From contig NMRA01000097.1 of NCBI GenBank assembly GCA_002633005.1, forward strand, positions 161,426 to 225,425: 64,000 nt of DNA, written 5' to 3'. This stretch comes from Phoronis australis. Lineage: Eukaryota > Animalia > Phoronida. The position numbers and the translations under genes were made by a program. Below are positions 26,216-38,952 of this stretch, piece by piece (within the stretch, counting starts at the first letter, position 1; the number at the start of each line of letters is the position of its first letter). The notes under the pieces are model-generated. The model did not search any database and was not told where the DNA came from. It saw only the letters and a list, made by a program, of their open reading frames with translations.

Positions 26216-28249
26216 AACCGTAAGAACGACGTTTTTGCCTAATAACTAGAGTGTCTAAAACTTTCAACCACAAGACGCAATTTTTTGGGAAAAAACACGC
26301 CTGCGCTATGTAAAGTAATTCAGTTACTTTCTGTTAATAGTTTGATTTTAAGCTTAAAATTGTAAATTGCATTCAGTTTCCGTAGCAAATATTCACGTTT
26401 GAAGCTAATAAATAGTCTTTGAAGTTGTAATATTAAAACTTGAAAAAATGTTTAGATACAGCCAGTAAAGCTTCCCCGCGCATGAGCACTGCATTGACCT
26501 TGTGGCAGAAGAGCCAGACCGGTTCTTGAGTTAGGGTTCGTCTCCGTTTGAATGAACATGGATATGGAATTCGCTGCCCCAGATGAGCCCGTTTAAGATG
26601 TTTTTGATTGTCCTTCCAACTGGGATCACGTACAGTTGCGACACCCGATTTGTCATTCAAAACCTTGTCACTTTCTCGTAATTCCAACGTTTTGGTTGGC
26701 GCGAGTTTGGTCTTTAGAGTTTTACAGACGATAAGATCTAAGGTGTATGGATTTATATTTTGCACTACTTTGTGATTTGCCCATGCAATATCAAAAATTA
26801 CTTACTCGGTGCTATTAACCAGCCGTGTTGTAATACAGCCCATGTCATGAGTGAAATACATGTACATGTATTTTTATTGAGTGCAGCAGTATGTTCACAT
26901 ACAGCATATCAATTTAGCAAATTCGGATTTGCAACCACCACGTGACTGTGTGTTTTATTTTATGGCGCAAATTCCCTTGATAAGTAATTAGATTCACACC
27001 TTTTCATGATGTTTATACGACTGGCCTTTATTCGTAGCGGTGTAATCGAGTAGGCCTAATACTTTCCAATCCGTGAAAGTTCAGTACCAAGATGGGATTT
27101 GGCGATAAATTAAAGCTCATTCACAACTCTTTGTGATCATCGAAATTGGATTGCATTAGTTTAAAAATGAAATGGTTTGCATTAGTATGCTCTGCGTCTG
27201 TTGCAACAGTAGTCTTGTCACATCTCGATCAACTACTACCGCCCGATTTACGTTTTTAATCAATACGACCTGCATTTTATGCAAAAGTTGTCACGCGTAA
27301 AATAGTACTAGGCACATACATGTAGATGAGTCAAAAGTATTCCCGAATTTAAACGGAGGTCTTTTTGGAAAAAAAAGAAAAAAATTCCATTTTGAAAAAC
27401 AGTGCCATCTACAGTCCATTCAAACAAATTGGACGTTTTTCAGTAAAGGTGGAAGCAGCACGATCATTTGGTTGTGTAGGTTAGATGGTATCCAAATTAT
27501 GAGAAATTGCTAGTTTGTAATCTACATAAATCTTAGTGGTCGCGGGGCCAGGATTTTAGGCATCTAAAATTTCTTTTACTGTTTCCACTGTATTATGTCT
27601 ACAGTTATTTACACGCTTGTTTAATGTACGTTTTTTTCTGCTTCAATTGTTGGTTTTTGAGCCGCAATGGGTTTTAGCACTCTTCAATTTTCAAATGGTA
27701 CCAATTTATTAAGACAAATATAAATATATGTGTATATGTCGAAACTGTAGAAATTTTCATTTCTTTTATGTATTACACTCAATAATAAGTAAGAATATTA
27801 AACTGTTATCATTATATACAACAATAAGAGAAAAGAGAAAATTGAAAAGTGGCACTGACATACAACCCATTACTACAACAGCAGACCGTGGTAAATCAAT
27901 GATGCAACATATTGAAGCAGCGCGATTGGTTTCAACAATGAATTTACAAGAACAATTAATGAGGATATTGGCTTTGTCTAGAAAACTATGGGATGCGTTA
28001 CGTGTAGAAAACGCAATACAGTTACTTTCGATGATCTCTTCAATCGACAGTTTATTGGCCATGTGATTTATTAATGTGCGTAAGAGGTCAACGTATGAAG
28101 TGCTCGTGCTGCAGGCGAATACTGTAAGTGCAACTAAGAATTCTGAATATACAGTGTATATTTATGTTTTATTAAGAATTTAATAAAACTCGGCAGTATG
28201 AATACCAGTCATTTGACAAGCGTCAACGTGTTACTTCATTTGGTTCCAG

Positions 28250-29838
28250 ATGCTACTTTCATGAGAGGTCGCTTAATTGGGGAAGACAGTACCCTGCTAA
28301 CTGTCCTTGCAGTTCTCGTGGTTTGCATCAGTGGCCTTACCCTGTACATGTGGTACGAGCGTCACGTGTACCTAATTCATCACGCGGAGCATGAAGAGAT
28401 GTGCCGCCAGGATTTTGAAGACGTGATCAACCTCATCACAAAGATTGTGGCACACAGCGAACTGTTCGATGAGCTGGAAGAAGAGCCGAAACTCGAGTTG
28501 TGCAAGCAGTTGGTGGATGATAAGATCAATGAAATTTACAGTCTCCAGGTAGAACAAGAAGGAGCTGAAACGGAATTTGATGTGTCTATTATCTTTCGCG
28601 AATTCAAAAAGATTGCTGCGGAGATCATAGCAGATTTGATCACTCGGGATTTGCGAAAGCAGCGCCGCCGCGCCACTGTACTGGCCAGTGCACTCCCGTG
28701 GCACTTTATGGGATTTGGAAGCGCTAAATTGTACCGTGAAGACTTACAGAACAAATATGACATTACCTTTCAGCTGCTAGAGACCTCACTATCTTCTTCG
28801 AACAATGAAGAAATAAAGAAATACCTGGACAAGTACATTGAATTTTGCAAGGCTCACAATGACACTTTTTGCGTTGACAAAACTTTGGTGAAGACAGCGC
28901 AAAAGCGCATTCTCATGCTCACAATCAAGCCCCATCTAATAGATGCCGAGAGGTCGGGCGACCTGGAACGACTGCAGCGGGTCGTAGATATGGTTGAGCA
29001 AGCCGGCCTAGCTGATACATTGCACTGTGAGTTGGCCGAAGCGCGAAATCGATGCGAGGCACTGATAAATTTAGAGTCAAGTAAGAGGGCTGTCATCAAT
29101 ATAGATAGACGGGTCATACACGAGATCAAGAAGTTCTACGTCCACCCACCTAGGGCAGTACACGACGTGCTTATAGCAACATTTCTAATTTTGGGCGATC
29201 AAGAAGTGGAACTCCAGGACTGGAATCATTGCGTTTCGCTGTGTGGCACGCTGACATCTCGAAATTATGTAGGGCTGTACAAGAGATTTGTGGATTTCAA
29301 ATTAACAGATTTTTCACTTGCGACAGCGTCAAGGGCAACAGCCATCTTGTCGTCGTATTCTGAAAAAGAAATTGAAACGACTAGCAAATCTGCTTCCATT
29401 TTCTACCGCTGGACGCTTCAGGCCTGTGCGGAACGGCTAGAGATGGGAAAACAAGATATAGACCGAACCAAAATCAAGACAAGACAAGCAAAGAGACAAG
29501 GAAAGTTTGACAGGAGAGTAACTGCTTCAAAGAAATCCCGGAGACACAAACTAAAACGGGACTCACCAAACGATACCAAGCTGCAGGTTACAGTGACTCA
29601 GGATGAAAATGTGATGTTAGTTGAGAGGGAGCAGGAAGTTTGTTTGTCTCCTTTGCCGCCACATGAGAACGACGGGAAGCAGCCAGGTTCTCCACAGAAA
29701 GGCTTGGAAGCGAAAAGCTCTTTGGATCTCGAACCCAGTCTGCAAAAAAAAGCAACTGACCACTGTCTTATTGAAAGCAAGAAATGGGAAAAGCCGAAAT
29801 CAAAGTTCGTGTTTCCGTATCCTCTTGATTTCGATTAG
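28250..29838 (+). CDS. Receptor terminal exon: TM helix, helical cytoplasmic region, dynein-MTBD-like domain, basic/low-complexity tail
   Basis: ttccAG|AT phase-1 acceptor inside a 546-codon ORF. Hydrophobic TLLTVLAVLVVCISGLTLYMWY at about 28291-28356; MTBD-like segment at about 29071-29440; stop TAG at 29836-29838. Confidence 0.85.
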
Positions 29839-30045
29839 TACTGATCATTAATGAATAACACGAACACAAAAATGGCAACGTCACCATCTTCCCCGTTTAA
29901 ATGAAACGGCGTGTTTCATTTGCTAAATTCCTTGTTTGTAATGCTTACATGTTATTGATAAATACTATGTCTTTGGAATTTGTGTTACGGTTATAGGTCT
30001 CAAAAGTGTCTAAATGTCACGGTAATTCAGTTTCAAGGTTTCAAA

Positions 30046-30055
30046 AATAAATAAA
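30046..30055 (+). promoter_or_regulatory. Candidate polyadenylation signal of the receptor gene
   Basis: Overlapping AATAAATAAA about 210 nt after the stop codon. Confidence 0.45.
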
Positions 30056-30607
30056 TTTTCGGAAATTTATCAAGTAATCGTCACGTCCATTGAGCAGCCA
30101 GTGGTCAAAGCAAGTATACATAGCCACCTGCTTGCCTGCATTTATGGAAAGAGCAGACAGGTATCCGAAATTTACGTTTTCCTTCTGGTTGACGTGTGCT
30201 CCGGGTCAGATCGTTGCTCTTCGATTGTTTTCACGCTGCAGCTCCAGAATAAGTGCCGCGTGGAAAGATTTTGCTGCATGTGACCATGTGGCCGAAGGTG
30301 GCTTTTTTGACTAAAGCTCTTTGCAGACGCAGTCGTTTCTTTTGCGGCATCTTGTCGTAATCCGATTACTGTAGTCGACACCATCTACATGTTCATGTAT
30401 GCGTGTTGCTGTCCTTTGCTCGCACGGTTTGCAAACTTAAGAAGCTACAATACACATTTCTGTTCTACGTCGTTTCTGTTCCATTTCATAAATATTTTTA
30501 GTATTCATGTTGCTTAGTTAGCTCCATACTTAGATCATCGTCATCATTGAATGTGAACACTTTGCCTTAACAGTCTTTGAGAACCTGACATGTAATTGCT
30601 GAAATCT

Positions 30608-30860
30608 TACCAAGTAACATCTTTATGTAGTTGATATCCTGGAAACAATTGGAGCAAACGCGGCCATGTAGCTGTGGCATCCCAATGCATGTATATATTC
30701 GTGCCTTCGTGGACTCTTTTGACTGAAAACCTCCAAAGTTCTTTTAATCTTGTATATTTTGGAAACTTGTGGCCACCTGTCGATGATTTGCACCCCGGCA
30801 CACAACAATAGTAAGGTTTAGTGCGCGACGCAGTTTTACAAAAAATCGGTGTTGTTACCA
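30608..30860 (-). mobile_element. Decayed THAP-domain fragment (DNA transposon-like), copy A
   Basis: YCCVPGCKSSTGGHKFPKYTRLKELWRFSVKR fits the THAP pattern CxVxGC...HxFP...W...VKR; frameshifted downstream; ends TTG|GTAAG. Confidence 0.7.
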
Positions 30861-32701
30861 CATATTTCCATGCTGACAGCGACGCATGCTTGATTCAATA
30901 ACCAATAGAACAGCTGCGACACCGCGGAGAGAATTCTCCAAATAGCACCATGGTATCAATCTTTTGATATGGTTGAATTTGCAGTCGTTTACGATGAAAT
31001 ATGAAGTTTGCGATATTGTAGGAGTTTTTGTCTCGACCTAATATTTTCTCATCAGTCAATTCAGCTACTATACGAAGCAAACCAATAACAATATGGCTAA
31101 ACTTCACCAAAGGCGAGCATTTGGAATTTTCATGTTTTCCATAAGCTCATACATGTATCTATCAGTGTGCAACGTGGTGGAAAATGAAAAATATTCTCGC
31201 AAAATATATGAACTTCTTTCTATTGATATCCATTACACCAAATGCCGGCATTAATGATATCGAGGTGATGAAAGCATTTCCCACATATTTCACTGACTGG
31301 TAAACTCTTGTGACATATAGTTAGATCATACACTTTCAGCTGTTAAAGGACTGTAATCGAATCCAATTCCGCAACACTTTGTTTTCACTCAGGGCCTCCT
31401 GAATGGCCACCGTTGTAATGTGAAGGTTTATAATACATGTATATTTTAACGGTGGTTTTTGGTAAAGGTTGAAGCCCCGAGTAAATATATGTCTACGTAA
31501 AGCAAGTTGTTCTTTTCTCCTTCGAGTTTCTAAAAACGTCTCGTTCCCTCACATGCAACTTTCAATTCCATAAGAAGACGAACTTCGACTTTGGTGTGCT
31601 TTATCGGATCTAAGATGGCACCCATTGCGTTTACGTCCTGTGATTTGATAACACCGTATATCAATCTACATCATTTCCAATCCATAGCTGTGAACAAGTT
31701 GCGTGACACTTGTATTGGATCCTCATCGGCACGGACCACTTTTTGTGGTGGTCACAAAACTTGCAGTATCCTTCTAAATAGAAATCTAAATTATTTGTCT
31801 TTTGCAATATCATTTCTCACAACAGCATATTTCAGACATACTCCTATTGATCCCAGTCGTTATTTTTCTGCTTAATCCGTCATACTTTTACGGTCGATCT
31901 ATATAGATAGCTCAAGGGAGGTTCCAAACAAAACTGAAACGTGAACCATCGCCATCCCGTCTACACCTTTACAACGCCAACAATATAATTTACACTAAAA
32001 GGCTTCTCCTTGATGCAGATGCTCCTTTGGATTTCATTCGCTACTTCTTAAAATTGCTTTGTCCAACAGTTCAAATGACCAAATCAACCATTGCATCGTG
32101 CTTTACACCATATTCTGCAAAGCTCGCTTTGAAAGAGTATCAAAATGCTATGACGACGATGCTGGAGGAGGTTAGATATTTTTTCACACCTTGGCGTTCA
32201 ATCACGTGATTCATAAGATATATCCCATCTGAAAGCAAGCATAACCAAGATCATCTACGTCATTAAATGAGTCGTCTGAAACTCATGCCCAGGCACGGTG
32301 AAACTATACCCATTAGCTTTTTGATAATTTTTAAACAATCTCCTAGTGACAAAGGTTTGTTCAATTACCCATTAAACGAAAAGCAGCAACCGGTCACTAT
32401 CCACTGCGCGCCTCCCCGAACAGACTAATTGGTCTCTGATACAGTGTGGAGTGTGAAATGAAATTCCATTTACAGTAAAGCATTCGATCAATATTATTGT
32501 TCAGCTCATGCAATATCGGCAGGGTTGATACATGTACATTATGGAAACCACCTATTTGAATGAAATGTTGGGACCGACTACAATGCAAGTGGCAGCCAGC
32601 GATTTACTTTCGATCGCAGTGAAAAAGTTACCTGGGTGCCGTAAAATTTAGGCAGGTAATACGAAACGTAACGAGAGTGGCGTAGATGAAGTAATATCCC
32701 A

Positions 32702-32766
32702 CGAGGCATTATCCCACGTATCGACCAAGACCGAAGGTCGAGGTGGATACGCGGATTAATGTCGAG
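32702..32766. repeat. Imperfect hairpin similar in design to the 15.5/19.4 kb element heads
   Basis: ggcattatcccacgtatcgacc-aagaccgaaggtcga-ggtggatacgcggattaatgtc. Confidence 0.5.
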
Positions 32767-34672
32767 GTACATTTTGTATTGATCCTATTCGCTTCGAATG
32801 CTTAAGTTTCTTTCATTTTCTCGGCAGATTGTTTTAAATGCTTTACTCAGAGTTTTCACGTGGTGGATCACATCATCTATGTATGTATGTACTATCGCGT
32901 TAGGTTGCAAGTTTTCTCTAGTAAGAGAAACAGTCTTAAATGTAACGATTCATTACTTGAAAAGAGTTAACAGAGATGAAAACAACGGTAACTGCGCATT
33001 AACTTTGAACATGTCCTGGAAATAGTTATGTAACAACATTATTTGATACTGTAGTTACCGAGGCATCAGCGCCTGTGTTGCAGACGATGTGTATGTATTA
33101 TTCAGCAATTGAAAGCTGACACAGAACTGTCATAAAATTAACAGTCCTGTTCCAGATGTTCTGATTGGGACCTGGATGCATGTTGAGTGTTAGTCATGCT
33201 GTTGCAATTGAATAACTACTATTTTCGGAAAGTTTGATGATCGAACTATCTAACCACGTCAAGTCGACATTCATTTGACCTACCTATTGAACTTTCCACG
33301 TCAGAAGTCTTTGTTGAAGTAGTGCGGGAGTTGAATACGGAAAACATTATTACATGACCGTGATGCTCTCGACTAATCCAATGCGTACATGTATGTGATA
33401 AGATATTTTTATTGTCTGTGAGTCGCCTTGTCTCCCCGTGTGTTGGCTGTTGTTCGCTGATTTTAACGAATTGTCGCACATCTGACTACAAATCGAATTT
33501 TTCTCGAATCGTTTTAATTGTGTCCGTTAGACTAGACAGCAGGTGTCTTTCTTTTGACTTTTAAAACAAAGCCCAATAGACTCACCCAGGCTAGCTCAGG
33601 AAACGAGGCATGCCCAATGCACTAATGACTCAATAACGAATCACGGAGATCCATCTCCCGCCCACCAACACGGAATTTTTGATGGTTAAAGCCTTCCACG
33701 AAGTATGGAAATACTATTAACTTTGAATTAGTTGTGATTTCATTCAGGCAAGCGACGTCTCCATCAAGTAGCATGCCTCAAAGACTTGCATTTCAAATTT
33801 CTACATTGTACCTGACGTTTATTAGTCTCGACGTCTATGCCACACAACGGCAGCTCGAGCATGTCACGTGTGTATTCCATATGTCAGAGGCGTCTCCTCA
33901 AAGATTCAGGCTATCTACCGTAAGGACAACATCGAGTCGTTTCCTCAATTTTAACCAGTCCATCCTCTCATCAGTAAAATGTACGTCACACGTGTTATAC
34001 TGTATGAGAATAAAAGAGTGGTGGGGGTACTGCCAACTATATCGGTGAGATTGGTCGCCAGTTATCGACCAGGGTTAAGAATTATCGTAACCCACCCTCA
34101 GACCCGTTATACTATTCAGGAACATGACAGAGATCTACATCACCCGGTCTCTTATGAGCACTTTAGTATATTAAAGGAGAATGTCACCCAAGTTACAGCC
34201 TATTTTGTTTCAATTTAGATCGAATAGTTCTACTTCATGACTGCACGTTCGGTTGCGTTACCTGGCACCTGACGGCAGACGGATGGGTTCAAATTATCCA
34301 ATGACGTAATTGGTTTCACACACAGTCTGTTCAGTACATGTAGTTCACAACACGTGTTAGTGGTGTCAACTTATGGCTTGAATTCAATGTTTAACACCAA
34401 TAAATCATCAAACTGCGATGTAAAACCCTTAAAATACACCGAGTTCTTATCAAACGTGTTGCTTTATTTCGCTGTTACGGATTTACTGGTATTTGGACAC
34501 ATCGTAGCCTACAAATTCGGCAGGTCAATTTACCAAGGTCCGTAGCAGGAGTTTGGGGTCTGTTCGGAGATACATTCGAAGCATTGTTCCGTGAAATACT
34601 GACAGGAGAACCTAGATCTTTGTTGTTTATGCCTGTGATTTTTTGAGTACTAGACACACTACTAAACGCTTG

Positions 34673-34766
34673 TTATCCCGGCCAGTGGCTCGGAACCCAA
34701 TCACTATGCCCGGGGAAGCGGCCGCACTGAGTCGTTACCCCGGCCAGTGGCCCGGAACCCGATCAG
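34673..34766. repeat. GC-rich direct repeat, two copies of about 34 bp at roughly 62-bp spacing
   Basis: gttatcccggccagtggctcggaacccaatca and gttaccccggccagtggcccggaacccgatca. Confidence 0.6.
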
Positions 34767-36036
34767 GCCCGTCGCGGCCGCCGGAACTGGCACGAACATA
34801 AACCAGCTTGTGTTGGAAACTAAACCTCCAGCCACGAAAAGCCTATAATAGTGAGCCAAAGAAATAATGTGCAGGTAATTTTTTATGTGAATTAGTCCCG
34901 AAACTGATAATCTACTTACTTGTCGGGGGCCGCGAAGTCGGGTTCCCCTTCCAGAGACCGTCAGGTCAAAGGTTGTACAGTAACAATGATTTGAATAATG
35001 TATTTATATTTCTAAATAAAGATTCCCCTAACATGTAATTTTTCACAACAGCTTTCTGTCAGCAAACACTGAATTAGCATGCGCTCACACTGCCTCGGTG
35101 CCCGGTCAATTACCTTTGTTGCCGGCATCAAAAACCGGTAACGCAGTGGTTTATTCATTGCTGGTTTCTCAAAGAATTTGCACTCACAAGCAATCCAAGG
35201 CATTACAATTGTATGTAACGAGACAGACTTTGTTTAGGTTTCATGTAAGCATTGGTTAGGATGAGAATGATTCATTTTGAAACAGAACGCAAACTAATAT
35301 AACGTCTACATAGAAACTCGCCCGGCGCCAATCCCAACTTAGTCAAGAGCTCATCCGACGTCACGGTTCGGATCGTTAGGTTTCACAAGCTATCAGTTCG
35401 AACCTGAATGCACTGATCAAAAAATACTAGAGAGGCGCCGTGAACATGCACAGGCAACGGAACGTATGGATAGTTCTTTGGTGAGCCCGAATTCGTCAAG
35501 GAAATCACTGTCGAAGAAATGCCGGTCACAGACACGGAGACGTTTCACGGGCTCATACTTGCTATTAACAGTGAATCCTTTCATTTTTCACTACCGCGAG
35601 CCACTTCCTAAGCATTTCAGGCTCTCGAGGAAATTGAAAAACCGATATTCCCGCTTTCTTCGCAGCTTCATAATTTTCTACATGCGGGAACGATGCACCG
35701 CAATAGAGCGGCATTCACCCCGCAGACGAACCACTGACGTCGCTACGTCGTTTCTCACCTTCCTCACAGGTTAATGCGACACCTCTTGGCAAGGTGAGGT
35801 CGACCGTTTCAGAGGCGATGTGGATATTGACCGATGAAGACGGTAAAAAATAGCGCAAGCATTTCCGGTGCATTTGGCAACTACGAAGGCAATCCCAAGC
35901 TGGAAATTGTTTGAATGCTTGAACAAGTAAAATGTTTTTCAAAGAACGTGGTCAAGTCTATAAGAACTGGTGCAACTCATGCGTGTACGCTATCAAACAG
36001 TGTTGGCTGTGGTTAGAGCGAGTCAGCATACGTGCG

Positions 36037-36182
36037 CTAGTCCACAGGGAATACTTCGTTGGCCATCAGACGACTATTCGACTCCCAGCCGGTGAAAGCA
36101 ATGTTGAAGCTTTGTCCAGGACACGTCTGTACGTACAGTTTAATGCTGTAGTTCCCTGCTGGAAGTTCGCAGTATCCGCCAA
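36037..36182 (-). CDS. CTHRC1-domain gene, terminal exon (domain 3, part c)
   Basis: ttgcAG|TT acceptor; FGGYCELPAGNYSIKLYVQTCPGQSFNIAFTGWESNSRLMANEVFPVD* matches the CTHRC1 C-terminus EGxC...VGxC...DAxTGWNSxSRIIIEE. Confidence 0.85.
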
Positions 36183-37040
36183 CTGCAAGTGAATGAGTAC
36201 AAAATATAATCATTTGAAACTGGACACTCATAAAAATTGCGGGGCTACGGTTCGCTTTGGAATAAGGCTTGCTAACTTGAAGCTGTATCAAGTTGTGTTC
36301 TACCCAAACGCCGGAGCTGGGTTTAGTTGACCAATACACTTGCAAAGCACTGACAACTGTTCCCTTAAGTAACAGTGAACTCTTAAAGCTCATTGTCGGT
36401 AGCCAGCATGCAGGTATCACTTAATTTTTCTCGGGAAATTTTCTTACACCGGCGTTTCTGATTGGCCAGTCGAATTCTCAGCAGGCAGCGCTTTACGCAA
36501 ACAAATTGGCATGACTGATGGACTGAAGCGTAAATGTGGTTTTGTTGTTCAGTGAAATCGGTGCTTAAAATTTATGTTCAGGAAATGTGAATCCTAGAAA
36601 TTGTTGTTGCACGTTTTCGGAATGCATCTTTCTACTGTCGTTAACTGTTGTTTACGATAGCGTCCTGTCTTCCTACGGTATGAATAACGCACCGTTAAAT
36701 GTGTCAGATACGTGTTCAATGTACATGTACATGTATGTGATTCAAACACGCGGCTACTACTGAAAATCACAGCAGGAACTAAATAGTTGCTGCGCGACGC
36801 CACTTGCATGATAAGGCTAAAAATCGTTCGCAGTACGCCATTTTTTTCGCGATGTTGTACATCTAACCAATGACTGCTGAAGCTCCATCAACCAATTCTA
36901 AAGCGCGTGCCATTGCGTGATACCTGCGTGCTGGCTAAGCACGAGAGGAACCAGCGAGTGACTGTCGTTGATGATCGGAGTGCAGGTTGTTCTCGCGTGA
37001 TTACACTTCGTGTACGTTTTTTTTTCGAGAACGCTCTTAC

Positions 37041-37266
37041 ACATTGAAGTATGATGTTGGTTATCGGCCACGTTGTCCGTCCTGTGGAACAGTCTTTGAT
37101 AAACCAGTGTTGAAATAGGTCCAGGTGTTGAACATTCGGCTCCGTTAAAGGTCAGATACCATCGGGAACATCCGGGTGTGCTGTAGGACGACATGAACTG
37201 TCGCAGATCTACGTTGAACTGTACCGCTAGCAAACTCTGAGATGATCTCTTGGTGTATGTGGCTGA
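37041..37266 (-). CDS. CTHRC1-domain gene exon (domain 3, part b)
   Basis: ccgcAG|TCA acceptor and ATG T|GTAAGA donor; phase 0/1. [20 protein letters not shown] versus CTHRC1 [20 protein letters not shown]. Confidence 0.9.
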
Positions 37267-38109
37267 CTGCGGACGACATGAAATATACATGTACAAGAAT
37301 ATCTTAATGAATACCTAAGTGGACGCTATGCCATAGTGTACAAGTGAAGACAAGTTCTAGAGCTCATGCATTAGCAACACGTAGCACCTCATTTGGATGG
37401 TTAGGGGCTACAATACTTCCTATCAGCTTTCTCTACTAATTTCGTCACGTGCATTTTAGACTGGCCGTAGGCGAAATCTGCTCACCAACTAAAAGGTTTT
37501 CACATCGTCAACCTACTTTTATTTTTTAAATTTCCACTTAAAAGCGCTTACTTTTGCAGCGATCTTTTCTAGCTCTATACATATCTTCGCTGAAGCATGA
37601 CTACGGAAATTAAGATGGCTTAGGCGAATAATTCAAACTCCACAAATTGGTTACCGTTAACTTATTCTTCGTGGGCGATAACCACAAAGTATTGCAACTG
37701 ACGCCACGTGAGTTAGGCAAGAATTAGAAAGAAACTAAGCGAAGCGTGTGACCTGCCGCGTGACACTTCAAAAATAGCATGGGGGGACGACGTGGAGTTT
37801 GTAGGATTTGGGTCCTTTGTACTTTTTGTTTGTCAACAGGCGTGATTTCATGTAACTTCTTCAAAATGTTACCGTTGAGTAAAGCTCGAGCGTACCACCA
37901 AAGATTTTCATTGACATGTTGACGTTATGTTGACTTAATTGTACCCAGAGTCATGGTAAGCGTTAATTAACAACCGAGGCCGTAAAGTCAGCCATGCTCT
38001 AATGTGTACTTGTAGTGTGTCATCTCATTTCCGCTTCTGCAAGGTCGCACAACTTCTAGAGTTGAAGTTTCCAGCGTTTTGCTGCTTTAATGTACGATAA
38101 TCAAAATAG

Positions 38110-38261
38110 CAGTGGCGGATTTAGAGGGGATCGGAGGGGCCATGCTCCCCTCAGAAATCTCCCAGATTACATTTGACCATTGGGGGGGGGGGGGGGGGGG
38201 GNCGTCTGACGAGTAAAAAGCTGTACTGCCCCCCATACTCAAAATCCCAGATCTGCCTCTG
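38110..38261. mobile_element. Short MITE-like element (CAGTGGCGGATTTAG...AGATCTGCCTCTG) containing a poly-G run and an N
   Basis: Terminal inverted repeats; same family as 21437-21582. Confidence 0.6.
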
Positions 38262-38866
38262 AAGTGTACCAGGACACGTAGCTGTTCAAAAAACAAACAG
38301 TGTGTTGATAGTTTATTTTCAAAAATGATACTTAAAACTACATAGTTTATTGATGCAGTTTTTGCGTGTTTTCAAAACATCTGTTCGTAACCATGTGATG
38401 TTCAGATTTGATATAAAACGCAATCCAGGTGTTGCGTAAACAATGCGTCAAATTATCCCACGGTCGATCGCAACTTGCAAGGACAGAAAGAGAACAGAGA
38501 GATATTTCATGATTGGTCCTTAACGTTGTTTTAAGCTAAAATCGAGCTGTTTTCGAAAATTTTGCGTCATTGGTGATCTGATTGGTTCATAAATTTACTG
38601 CCGGAAACTAATATACGTGTACCAGTATCGTGCACGTGTGTACTGTAGCAACACTTTGTATCTTATTCTTATCTGGCCACTCTATTGATACAGCAGATTT
38701 CCTTATTCATGCCCATCCTGATTTGACTGCAACTTGAGCTTGTTGGGTCCTATCATATATTGGGTTGGCATTGGGACCCACATGATGCTTACTCGAATGG
38801 GCTTCGTTTTACCAAGTATTTCAAATTGAGGTGAAGTAAATAAACAAAGAGGGTGATTATCATTAC

Positions 38867-38952
38867 CAGAATTTCATCATTAGTATCTTTTGCCGGGTAC
38901 TCAAATTTTATGAGACTAGGGATTGTCAGATTTGTAAGGTAGAAGTGCTTCG
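38867..38952 (-). CDS. CTHRC1-domain gene, candidate exon (domain 3, part a)
   Basis: ccAG|CG acceptor and CTG|GTAATG donor; 86 nt, phase 1/0 as required between the flanking exons. AKHFYLTNLTIPSLIKFEYPAKDTNDEIL; weak acceptor and weak similarity. Confidence 0.5.

Noticed and set aside
27728-28066. Overlapping ~100-aa ORFs on both strands
   Set aside because: No recognisable motif or fitting splice sites; possibly a retroelement remnant.
28198-28249. ATG start of the 546-aa ORF as a standalone gene
   Set aside because: A ttccAG phase-1 acceptor at 28249 and an upstream ectodomain lacking a stop or TM favour a terminal exon; not fully excluded.
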